A DNA stretch of 64,000 nucleotides, taken from NCBI GenBank assembly GCA_964572155.1, contig CAZNDZ010000003.1, forward strand, positions 74,224 through 138,223, in the 5' to 3' direction. This document shows, piece after piece, positions 44,870-53,942 of this stretch. A program made the translations under genes and the position numbers. Position 1 is the first letter of the stretch. Each line of letters starts with the position of its first letter. This stretch comes from an uncultured Planctomycetales bacterium. GTDB lineage: Bacteria; Omnitrophota; Gorgyraeia; Zapsychrales; Fredricksoniimonadaceae. The notes beneath the pieces are model-generated. The model had not been told where the DNA came from, ran no database searches, and saw nothing but the letters and a program-made list of their open reading frames with translations.

Positions 44870-45699
44870 TATCTAGCCCAAATTTGATTGCGCGTATCCG
44901 GTCTTGACCATTTTAAAGCAAATCCCGCCGCTTGCAATGTTTGGCTGCAAAACTTGGATTTAGCGTCTTCCATGGGCATTTCCAACGTTAAACTGCGCAA
45001 AGCTTTATTCGCCAAAATCTTGGCAGCCCCACGCAATACCTTATCTTCATTACCATCAGTATCAATCTTTAAAGCATTGGGCATTACACCATAATGCGCC
45101 GCTAATGCATCTAAGGTAAAACAAGCGATACCTTCACGCCACACAACCTGATAACCCTCGTCGGTCATTTTAATGGCTTGTGGATTTTCCGTATGAGCTG
45201 CAGCTCCCGGCATGGTGTCTTGAATATTTAAGAAACTTAAACCCTGCGTATCGCTAACAGCCACGGATGTGATTTGAACTTGTCCCACCAAATTATTGGC
45301 AAGGACATTATCTTTGAGCAAACCTAAATTAGAATGCTCTGGTTCAAAGCTAAATACCTTAGACTGCTGGTAGCGTTTGGCGCAATACAACGTAAAAACA
45401 CCGACGTTGGCACCCACATCAAAGAAAACGTCACCGTCTTTAACATAGTCATTGATATATTGCCTGACCTCTGCTTCTTTGGTGGCATATAAAAACCAGC
45501 GAAAATGGGTGATCGAATTAATACAGCTTAAATTTAAAGTGACACCATCACAAGTGACGCTGCGACGAGGCACAAGCCATGAAGATATCATCCAACCCAA
45601 ACAAATAAATGGATAACGCCAATCGCCATGGGATTCACGCAATGTTTTTCCAAAAGGCGTCTTTAATAACGCTTGTACAATGGGATTCTTCTTTAACAC
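44869..45699 (-). CDS. FkbM-family methyltransferase
   Basis: FFDVGANVGVFTLY is the hallmark FkbM motif. Confidence 0.7.
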   Translation of the reverse strand: MLKKNPIVQALLKTPFGKTLRESHGDWRYPFICLGWMISSWLVPRRSVTCDGVTLNLSCINSITHFRWFLYATKEAEVRQYINDYVKDGDVFFDVGANVGVFTLYCAKRYQQSKVFSFEPEHSNLGLLKDNVLANNLVGQVQITSVAVSDTQGLSFLNIQDTMPGAAAHTENPQAIKMTDEGYQVVWREGIACFTLDALAAHYGVMPNALKIDTDGNEDKVLRGAAKILANKALRSLTLEMPMEDAKSKFCSQTLQAAGFALKWSRPDTRNQIWAR

Positions 45700-47345
45700 G
45701 CAATATCCTTACGTATCATTTCTTTGTTAGTAGGACTAAACACAGTGGCGACAAACTCGTATTCCCTGCGCGCTAACGCTGTTTTCGCCGCGACATCACT
45801 GTCACTAAGGGTTTTAAGCCTTTTTTCCAGTTCTTGCGCAGATGCACAACTTAACACAAAATCTGTCTGATTAAAACAAGGATTTATACGAAAAAGATCA
45901 TCCAAACATACATGAATGGCTAATTTACCTGCGTTGATCGCCATTAATCCAGCGCTTGTCGCATTAAACAAGGCCAAATCACAAGCATTTAAATCTTTTG
46001 TAAAATCCCCCGTGTCTTTAATAACCGCGCTAAATTCTTTGGTGATATCATCAAGCTGTTTTGCAAATAATGCGTCTGGTACACTCTTATATCCACGCAC
46101 CATATAGATTTTTTCTTTTAACAACATAGGTTCTGCCCGAAGCCACGACGAAAAAACGCGTAATTCATCCGGATGACTTAAGAATAACAACATTTTAAGC
46201 GGCGATCCAAAAGCCTTTTGATCTTGTGAATGGTTAGCTGATTTAGGACTGCCCCACACATGAACACTGCCTTGTGGTTTCTTTCCCCAGCTCTCAAAAA
46301 AATCCACGTAACGTCCACCACATACAGCATATTGACTAGGTTTAGGTGCCGCAGGTTTTACGTCATCTTTCATGGACAAGGCCAAATGATGCTGAGGGTG
46401 CGGCGTATACCCAATTGTCTTAACATTGCTTCCCTCACAAGCCATTAATAATGCGCGCTCATAACCTTTTTCTTCGTACGGATAGACAATGGTATCGATT
46501 TCTTGCGATGATAATAATTTCTTAACGGATTGATACACTGCCAACTCTTTAACAATTAAATTCTTTGTGTATTGTGTTAACAAAAACCGCGACCAAAAAG
46601 TCGGCGCATTGATGCCGCCAATGGTGCATGGCCGCTGCTTCCAAGAAGCAAAAAACATCATCATGTCCCATGACAATGATGCGTTGATGATAAAAAATTT
46701 ATCATCAACGGGCAATTGATCCAAAACAACAAAAGCCACCTTCGATGAATCCACATCATCAAACATATGGCCATAAAAATATTTGATCGTGTCTTCATTG
46801 GAATGTTTTGGGTCAAAACGTTCCGCAATGACACATGTTTTTTTGCCTTCAAGTGCTAACGTAAAAGACGAACGCTGACTTAACGCGAGTATCTGCTTTA
46901 GCCATTTGATTTTGAAGATGGTTTTTTCTTTGAGCCAAGAATATAAGACTGCAAAATTTATCGACGATGATCCTTGAAAATCAGCGAGGCAACCGATCAA
47001 ATCTTGCGGTGCATTGATGATATTAAGCTTTTGATTAGGATGCTGACGCTGCCATTCTAAAATAGCCCTCGCAAAAAATAAGGGTTTAAACTTTTCTTGA
47101 GCGCCCCAAGGCCTCACATCAAGGCGAGAAAATGGTGTTAACCACCACCAACGACTTTTAGCGCTTAAATCTTTGCTTAAAAGTGCGTGAGCTTGACTTA
47201 AATCTGAAAGCCATGCGTCGGCATTAGCTTGAACAATGGCGCGTATGTCAATATAACCCGCCTTATGGCCATCATCTTCTTGATAGCCATAATTTGCCCA
47301 CAAGGAACCATCTGTAGGTGCGCTTTTAACAAGATTTATGTTCAT
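45693..47345 (-). CDS. large soluble protein of unknown function; candidate CMP-sugar-dependent transferase (contains TPHPQHH motif)
   Basis: 550 aa with no TM segments. It lies immediately upstream of, and is translationally coupled to, the KdsB-like cytidylyltransferase. Confidence 0.4.
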   Translation of the reverse strand: MNINLVKSAPTDGSLWANYGYQEDDGHKAGYIDIRAIVQANADAWLSDLSQAHALLSKDLSAKSRWWWLTPFSRLDVRPWGAQEKFKPLFFARAILEWQRQHPNQKLNIINAPQDLIGCLADFQGSSSINFAVLYSWLKEKTIFKIKWLKQILALSQRSSFTLALEGKKTCVIAERFDPKHSNEDTIKYFYGHMFDDVDSSKVAFVVLDQLPVDDKFFIINASLSWDMMMFFASWKQRPCTIGGINAPTFWSRFLLTQYTKNLIVKELAVYQSVKKLLSSQEIDTIVYPYEEKGYERALLMACEGSNVKTIGYTPHPQHHLALSMKDDVKPAAPKPSQYAVCGGRYVDFFESWGKKPQGSVHVWGSPKSANHSQDQKAFGSPLKMLLFLSHPDELRVFSSWLRAEPMLLKEKIYMVRGYKSVPDALFAKQLDDITKEFSAVIKDTGDFTKDLNACDLALFNATSAGLMAINAGKLAIHVCLDDLFRINPCFNQTDFVLSCASAQELEKRLKTLSDSDVAAKTALARREYEFVATVFSPTNKEMIRKDIAC

Positions 47346-48103
47346 GAAGGGATTGCGCTTGTAAAAATCTTTTGAAAAAGTTTATCTTGCTTGATGATGC
47401 CTTCGGCAAAAGTCAAATCAGCAGGCGTATCAACGCTAATGCTATCCTTAGACAAGAAACCTTGAATGCTATAGCCATGTTCTAGGATGCGCATCATGTC
47501 CACACCTTCGATTTTCTCAAGCGGTGTCGGGGTCAAGGCAGCAAACTTTAATAAGAAATCTTTCTTAAATAAGTAGATGCCAATTTGTTTATAGGCATAG
47601 GCAAAATTTTCTTTGGATTGAATGGGGATGGGCAAACGAGAAAAATATAACACCCGTTGTTTCATATCCATGACGGTTTTAACCACGTCACGGGAAGCAA
47701 AAATATCCCAGTCTAAGATCGGCGCAACTAAATTAACACATGATAGCGACGGATACTTCTTCATCACCTCAATGGCTTGTTCTAAAGCCACTGGATCAAC
47801 CAACGGCTCATCCCCTTGCACATTGATGATGATATCAGCATCAACATTAGCAGCAGCCTCAGCAACACGATCAGTCCCGCGCACATGGTCAGGTGAGGTC
47901 ATGGCAACCTTTGCACCAAAATCTTGCGCAACCTTTTTAATGGCCTCATCGCAGGTGGCGATGATGACCTGATCAATATAGGTGCTTGTTTTTAATCGAC
48001 GGTAAACATGCTCGATCATGGGGTATCCGGCAATTTTTGCAATTGGCTTTCCTGGATAACGTGAAGACCCCATCCGTGCAGGAACAATACAGGCAACTTT
48101 CAT
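47342..48103 (-). CDS. KdsB-family cytidylyltransferase (CMP-Kdo synthetase-like)
   Basis: MKVACIVPARMGSSRYPGKPI...INVQGDEP. Confidence 0.8.
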   Translation of the reverse strand: MKVACIVPARMGSSRYPGKPIAKIAGYPMIEHVYRRLKTSTYIDQVIIATCDEAIKKVAQDFGAKVAMTSPDHVRGTDRVAEAAANVDADIIINVQGDEPLVDPVALEQAIEVMKKYPSLSCVNLVAPILDWDIFASRDVVKTVMDMKQRVLYFSRLPIPIQSKENFAYAYKQIGIYLFKKDFLLKFAALTPTPLEKIEGVDMMRILEHGYSIQGFLSKDSISVDTPADLTFAEGIIKQDKLFQKIFTSAIPS

Positions 48104-48118
48104 CTCTTTGACTCCTTG

Positions 48119-49060
48119 TTAAATATAATCAATTTGAAAATATTTCCACTGCTTTGGCTGTGCGCACAATAAGATTTCTTCTTTAAGTGATTTGCCAATG
48201 ATATTCGTCTGCCAGCGCTGTGTAAAACCAGAATCTTCTAACCAAGACTTGAGCGTATCACCCTCTGCTACCTGCACACGCACCTCTTGGGCATTGCTCT
48301 TATAGGCTAGATCGAAAGCCGCATCAAACAAATGCTGTTTGACCGCTTCATTCTTAATAAAAACCGATTCCAACATTTCTAGTCGACGAATGCCATCACG
48401 TAACGCCGTGATACCTGTAAAAGCATAGGCCACAATCTTGGCCTCTTCTTTAATCGTGATTAAGAAATATTGGTAGGCATGCTTGTAATAATGATGCATG
48501 CAAACATGGCTCCAAAAATTTGGCGTACGCTTAGGAAATCCACCCCATGAAATCATTTGCCGCTCAAAGAAGTCCAACATCTCAGGTTCCAAAGCTTTAA
48601 TGCCCTCGACAGATGAGTGAACGCTGTAATCCACTTCTATAGAAAATGGCGATACGGACTTTTTAAAAGATACCAGCGGACATAATGGTTTGTATCCATT
48701 TTTCATATACCACTGATAGGCACGCGTCCCTTCATCTTGACGATATGCTAAAACCGCCTCAGCTTCGGGGTAGAATTGGGCGATCTGACGATCCATCATC
48801 GCCCCAATGCCTTGTGAACGATATTCTGGTTGAACATGCGCACCTGTTACCCACACGACGGGTACATAGGCATCCATATTGATTTTAAATACGCGTGGTT
48901 CTAAGGGAATTAAACCAATCATGTCATTGCCTTCAAAGGCACAGACACCTTGGAGGTGGTTACCTTCCCAAGTTTCTTGTGTACGTGGGGTAGAATCAGA
49001 ACGGGATAATAGATCTAATGCTTGTGGGAGCAGTTCTTTGGTTAAGGCGCGGATTTGCAT
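48119..49060 (-). CDS. GNAT family N-acetyltransferase
   Basis: GNAT motif A VTGAHVQPEYRSQGIGAMM. 313 aa, possibly two acyl-CoA N-acyltransferase folds. Confidence 0.6.
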   Translation of the reverse strand: MQIRALTKELLPQALDLLSRSDSTPRTQETWEGNHLQGVCAFEGNDMIGLIPLEPRVFKINMDAYVPVVWVTGAHVQPEYRSQGIGAMMDRQIAQFYPEAEAVLAYRQDEGTRAYQWYMKNGYKPLCPLVSFKKSVSPFSIEVDYSVHSSVEGIKALEPEMLDFFERQMISWGGFPKRTPNFWSHVCMHHYYKHAYQYFLITIKEEAKIVAYAFTGITALRDGIRRLEMLESVFIKNEAVKQHLFDAAFDLAYKSNAQEVRVQVAEGDTLKSWLEDSGFTQRWQTNIIGKSLKEEILLCAQPKQWKYFQIDYI

Positions 49061-49069
49061 GTTTTATCT

Positions 49070-50149
49070 CTAAGAACGTTGGCGGTACCAAGGCTCAAAG
49101 GCATCGATAAATGCCTTCATGGCCGGTTGATGCCCAATGCTAATGCGAATGCATGATTCATATGGCGCTTCAAAGGAACCACGAATATAAATTTTCTTCT
49201 CGCGGAAAAATGCAACCGCATCTTTTGAATCTTGTGGTGTCTTTAAAAATACTAAAATGCCGTTGGTATAATCCCCACCATGGAAACGTAAACCCATGCG
49301 CTTAAATTGTTCTTGGATAAAACGCGCCCCCTCTTTGACTTCTTTGACATGGGCTTGCATGATGTCTGTATGATCCAACAAGTATTCCCCAACACCCATG
49401 GAAAACGTATTGGACTCAACGATCGAACGTGTTTTTGAGAAATACTCTATATTTTGTGGTTGGCTCACCATAAATCCTAAACGCAAACCTGCCCCACCAA
49501 ATGCTTTTGAAAATGTGCGCATGACAATCAAATTATCAAAACGATCAACCAGATCAAGCACTGTTTCAGCACCAAAATAATGATACGCCTCGTCTATGAT
49601 GACAATGATATTGCGCTGCTGGCAATATTCTAAAATCGGTAAGATTTCTGCCTTGGTCATGGCCGTTTCAATCGGCAAGTTTGGATTAGCAATCGCCACT
49701 ATGGCTGTTTTATCATCGATTAAACCATATAGACTTTGCACATCCACTTTTAAATCTTTGGTGACGCCTAAGGGCTTATATTTGAGTTGGAAAAATTCTG
49801 CATAAACCTTATACATCGGATACGTGGGATCAAGGACAATGATGTTCTCACCAGGATTTGTCATGGTTTCATAAATGAAACGCACGCCCTCGGTGATCCC
49901 GCAGGAAAGATAGATTTTCTTTACATCGATATTTAAATGTTTGGCAATCTTGCTATAAATCGTCGCTGCTTCGGGTGAAGCGCTGATCAAATATGGCGGG
50001 AATGACTTTAAAATGGCATCAAAAACAGCAGGCTCAAAATTGGAAACACGTTCATTGCGATCCAAACGCACGCCGTTGACCAAATCACGTCCGAGCGACG
50101 TTTGATAACGCACCATGTCTTGGATATGTTTCTTAAATCGCGCCTTCAT
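49070..50149 (-). CDS. PLP-dependent aminotransferase, class I/II (HisC/CobD-like subfamily)
   Basis: RTFSKAFGGAGLRLGF, with the PLP-binding Lys in the SK motif. Confidence 0.8.
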   Translation of the reverse strand: MKARFKKHIQDMVRYQTSLGRDLVNGVRLDRNERVSNFEPAVFDAILKSFPPYLISASPEAATIYSKIAKHLNIDVKKIYLSCGITEGVRFIYETMTNPGENIIVLDPTYPMYKVYAEFFQLKYKPLGVTKDLKVDVQSLYGLIDDKTAIVAIANPNLPIETAMTKAEILPILEYCQQRNIIVIIDEAYHYFGAETVLDLVDRFDNLIVMRTFSKAFGGAGLRLGFMVSQPQNIEYFSKTRSIVESNTFSMGVGEYLLDHTDIMQAHVKEVKEGARFIQEQFKRMGLRFHGGDYTNGILVFLKTPQDSKDAVAFFREKKIYIRGSFEAPYESCIRISIGHQPAMKAFIDAFEPWYRQRS

Positions 50150-50152
50150 TGT

Positions 50153-51127
50153 TTAAGCCCGTTCTTTTTTCTCGAAATGGGTCGCGTATTCTGGAAGCAA
50201 CGGCGTGACAGGTTCGTTTTGATTGTACATACAATTATTGCAAATGAGCCCCTTAAGGTCTTTGCATAAATGCTTGCGACGAAATTCCTTGTACGTATCA
50301 TTGCTCCAGATTTCTTTAAGTGAAGACTTATGCAAATCTCCGACGACCAAATCCTTGGAATAATCCAAAACACAAGCACTGACATAACCTTCCGGGGTGA
50401 TGGTAAAACCCTTGAAAGGTTGGAAACAAATCTCAACCTTACCACGTGCCCGTGGGCTGCCGGCTTCAATGTTGCCTAATTTGTTATTCTCATAAAGATT
50501 ACCACATTGATTATTAAGTGGATGTGGATCCCATTCATCAATGTAGGGTAAAACGATGTCGCGCAAAATATTCACCTCATCGATCGTGTGCTTGGTGTAA
50601 ACCATGGTCACGTAGATGCGATATTTTAAACCTGAGGTCTTGCGGTAATTAGAAATCCATTTTAAATTCTCAATGACCTTATCAAAATCATCCTTACCTT
50701 GAACAATCTTATATGTTTCGCGTTTACCCGCACTAATCGAGAATTTAATACTGTCTAAACCTGCATCTAAAACTTCTTTCGCACGCTCGGGTGTTGCTAG
50801 TGCACCGTTGGATGTCAAAAATAAATAGTTGAACCCAATCTTTTTAGCCAACGCCACATATTGACCTAAGTTTTTAACTAAGAATGATTCCCCTGTCGCA
50901 TATAAACCAATGTCACGTACGCCACAATCATAGGCTTCTTGCAAAACACGGGCGACCATTTCTGGTTCCATGGTTTTCTTATTCTTAATCAAAGGGTTGG
51001 AACAAAAGACACAAGCGTGATTGCAAAACGAGGTTAAATCTAAAAATATTTCCGTCGGAAATGGCGGCACCTCAACAAATGATGCCTGCATGCTTTTTTG
51101 CTTACGGTCTTTGATCGTTTCTACCAT
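50153..51127 (-). CDS. radical SAM enzyme with Cys-rich C-terminal (SPASM/twitch-like) region, paralog A
   Basis: CNHACVFC (C-x3-C-x2-C) after a PPFP motif. Additional cysteines at CFQPF, ACVLDY and CNNC. 324 aa. Confidence 0.85.
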   Translation of the reverse strand: MVETIKDRKQKSMQASFVEVPPFPTEIFLDLTSFCNHACVFCSNPLIKNKKTMEPEMVARVLQEAYDCGVRDIGLYATGESFLVKNLGQYVALAKKIGFNYLFLTSNGALATPERAKEVLDAGLDSIKFSISAGKRETYKIVQGKDDFDKVIENLKWISNYRKTSGLKYRIYVTMVYTKHTIDEVNILRDIVLPYIDEWDPHPLNNQCGNLYENNKLGNIEAGSPRARGKVEICFQPFKGFTITPEGYVSACVLDYSKDLVVGDLHKSSLKEIWSNDTYKEFRRKHLCKDLKGLICNNCMYNQNEPVTPLLPEYATHFEKKERA

Positions 51128-51148
51128 ATCTATCTCCCTAAAAAACTT

Positions 51149-52144
51149 TTATTTTTTACGCGCCACCACCCGCACATGCGAGCTTAAACGACTTTCTTGC
51201 AAAAACTGCTGCAAGGCATTGGATGTCCTGCCATGACGATGAAAGAACACGTACTTCCAAAATGGATCAACATTTGGCATGTCCTTCTTGGCCATAGCCC
51301 CTTTGACAATATCAACGTCCAAACGCCCTGGGGTACTTAATTCTAAAACTTCAAAACCAGCATTCTCTAATAAAGCCACAATAGCTTCCAATGATAGCAG
51401 ATTCATCCGATTTATGGGATTTAAATTTGGTGCATGTTCTTTTAAAACCTGATATTCAAAACCAGAACAAGACGCTGTTGTTAAGAAAAATAGTCCACCC
51501 TCTCTTAACTGATCATTTGCAACATGAACCAAAGCTTTTGGATCTGCGACGCGTTCTAAACCTTCAAAACACGTCACCATGTCAACTTGTGTTGATATGT
51601 TAGCACTTATAATCGCTATATTATCAGGTAATGCTTTGCTATTTTCATATAATTGCGGTTCTAACATGGCAATCTTGCCAAAAACATTCTGGGCCTGCAT
51701 GTGTTTAATCAAAAACGCATATTTGGTATGAACATCGACCCATAAAGGATTATTCGGTAAATATTCATCCGCCCATTCAATCATCCACGCAACCCGTGGG
51801 CCATAAATATAATATAAACGCTCGTCGGGTAAACTGGCCATTTCATGACGCCAGAATTGACACGCTTTAGATGCCTTATAAAAATGATCTAATGCATCTT
51901 GCGTTGGTCGAAAGGCCACGTACCATGATTCACAATCGCTACATTGATGATAAGCCATGCCTAAGCAATCTGTAAAGGCGCGGTTTTCTTTCTTTCCACA
52001 GCCTGTGCAAGGCACATTGACCAAAGGGGCTTTTAATAACATCTGTGTAATATCGACAGACAATAAGCGCACATATTGTTCGTACAAGGCATCATTGACA
52101 TTGCCTGGGACCACACCATCATTTGGGATAACAACTGTTTTCAT
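51149..52144 (-). CDS. class I SAM-dependent methyltransferase with N-terminal 4-Cys zinc-ribbon (architecture like TylCIII-type NDP-sugar C-methyltransferases)
   Basis: N-terminal CTGC...CSDC. MTase motifs FEGLERVADPKALV and LREGGLFFL are present, but motif I is degenerate. Confidence 0.5.
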   Translation of the reverse strand: MKTVVIPNDGVVPGNVNDALYEQYVRLLSVDITQMLLKAPLVNVPCTGCGKKENRAFTDCLGMAYHQCSDCESWYVAFRPTQDALDHFYKASKACQFWRHEMASLPDERLYYIYGPRVAWMIEWADEYLPNNPLWVDVHTKYAFLIKHMQAQNVFGKIAMLEPQLYENSKALPDNIAIISANISTQVDMVTCFEGLERVADPKALVHVANDQLREGGLFFLTTASCSGFEYQVLKEHAPNLNPINRMNLLSLEAIVALLENAGFEVLELSTPGRLDVDIVKGAMAKKDMPNVDPFWKYVFFHRHGRTSNALQQFLQESRLSSHVRVVARKK

Positions 52145-53175
52145 TACGCGTTCTTAGCCTCCGCCTTGCTTGTGTCTGCTGCGTAAATTTTCTCAATCAA
52201 CAGCATGGTCTGATAGGCATCTTCACTGGAGCCCACTTTGATCGGCGTATCATGCACGATGGCATCAATGAATTCTTTAAGCTCCATATCCCATGAATGA
52301 TCTTCATCGTAATAGTTGATGCTTTCTTCAGGATTAGGCAATGGATACCCTGCGGCATCATACAGGCAGCGTGCAATCTTTAAGGTCTCAACACCATAAT
52401 TTCTCGTCGATGACAATATACCTGAAATCGTGATATAACCTTTTTGCAAATACACTTCTAATGAGAACATGTACTTCCATTGAGTGGCAGATGAATGCAG
52501 CATCCCCACTTGGCCTTTTGAGTTACGCATCATCATAAAGGCATTATCTTCAACACCGGTTGGCCAATACTGCTCTGTGATAAATGATTTTACTTCATCA
52601 AACTCGCCACAAAAATATCGAAACAAATCAACCATGTGTATGCCTTGGTCAATTAAGATCCCGCCGCCGGAAACATCTTTTTGATTGCGCCAATTCTTAT
52701 CGTATTGACTGCCCCCGCCTTTGCCATAAACACCGCGCATCCATAAGACATTTCCTAAACGGCCTTTGGTCACAATAGCCTTGGCATCCAACACAGCTTG
52801 ATGATAGCGATGGTTAAAACCAAATTTTAGTTTTAGCTTGGGGTTTTTCTGCTCTGCAGCAATCATGGCTAGAACTTCTTCTTTGGTACGTCCAGGCGGC
52901 TTCTCTGAAAACACATGCACGCCTTGGTTTAAGAAGAAACACACAACCTCGGCCACAAATTTATTGGGAACACAAACAAAGACAATATCTGGCTTGTAGG
53001 TCATTAAATCTTTATAGTCTGTGACAACAGGCAAACCATCGACGGTATCTTTGTATTGCGGATCGAAGACCGCAACCAAACGCAATGATGGCTCATCCTT
53101 AACGCAAGCCGCTCGGATTTTCCCCATCTTGCCATAACCAACAACCGCTACTTTATAGATTTTGTCTAGGCTCAT
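52144..53175 (-). CDS. Gfo/Idh/MocA family NAD(P)-dependent sugar oxidoreductase
   Basis: N-terminal Rossmann KVAVVGYGKMG with a family-typical central EKP motif and C-terminal domain. Confidence 0.8.
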   Translation of the reverse strand: MSLDKIYKVAVVGYGKMGKIRAACVKDEPSLRLVAVFDPQYKDTVDGLPVVTDYKDLMTYKPDIVFVCVPNKFVAEVVCFFLNQGVHVFSEKPPGRTKEEVLAMIAAEQKNPKLKLKFGFNHRYHQAVLDAKAIVTKGRLGNVLWMRGVYGKGGGSQYDKNWRNQKDVSGGGILIDQGIHMVDLFRYFCGEFDEVKSFITEQYWPTGVEDNAFMMMRNSKGQVGMLHSSATQWKYMFSLEVYLQKGYITISGILSSTRNYGVETLKIARCLYDAAGYPLPNPEESINYYDEDHSWDMELKEFIDAIVHDTPIKVGSSEDAYQTMLLIEKIYAADTSKAEAKNA

Positions 53176-53942
53176 CTTTTCCCACGGGCAAACGCCAAAC
53201 CATTCGACGCGACTTCTTGGATAAATAGAAAATCAACGCCATAAGCAATGAAGGTATAACCTTCTTTGATGCGTTCTTTTAATAATTTCTCATCAGCACT
53301 GACAACATGAATGCCTGGAGGAATCCCTTTGGCAGCGGTTGTCTTTCTAACCTTGGCCATGGCTTCAACAACTTCTTTGTCTTTAAATTGCCCAGGCTTA
53401 TTAAGCGACCCCGATAAATCATAAGGCCCAATAATAATCGCATCAATGCCCTCGACGGCTAATATTTCATCGATATTGCGTACGGCTTCAATGTGTTCGA
53501 TTTGCACGACAATCACAGGGTTATTGGTTGCCCATGCGACATATTCCTTAAAATTTTTCCCATAGCCTTGAGCACGCGCCAAACCAACCCCACGTGTGCC
53601 TTTGGGTGGATAACGCACGGCCGCAACAGCATCACGGGCTTGGTTAGCGGTATTGATCATCGGCACAATCACCCCATGCGCGCCTGAGTCCATCGCGCGC
53701 TTGATGATCAAAGGATCATTAGCCCCCACACGCACCAAAACAGGCACGCCACACAAATCAATGGTTCGAATAAGTTCCCCACATTCGCTGACACTTAACG
53801 GCGAATGCTCCATATCTATAGCAAGCCAATCAAAACCTGACTTGGCCATTAATTCAGCGACGGTTGGGTGGCCTATCGTGATCCATGAACCGATGGCTAA
53901 TTGTTTTTTCTTTAATTTACTTTTAAGTGATGAATTCATTTT
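53172..53942 (-). CDS. HpcH/HpaI family class II (metal-dependent) pyruvate aldolase
   Basis: IDMEHSP...VRVG...D.GA.GV.VPM is the family-typical set of motifs. The start is set at the internal ATG (MNSSLKS), because the longer ORF overlaps the flippase gene. Confidence 0.7.
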   Translation of the reverse strand, partial: KMNSSLKSKLKKKQLAIGSWITIGHPTVAELMAKSGFDWLAIDMEHSPLSVSECGELIRTIDLCGVPVLVRVGANDPLIIKRAMDSGAHGVIVPMINTANQARDAVAAVRYPPKGTRGVGLARAQGYGKNFKEYVAWATNNPVIVVQIEHIEAVRNIDEILAVEGIDAIIIGPYDLSGSLNKPGQFKDKEVVEAMAKVRKTTAAKGIPPGIHVVSADEKLLKERIKEGYTFIAYGVDFLFIQEVASNGLAFARGKR

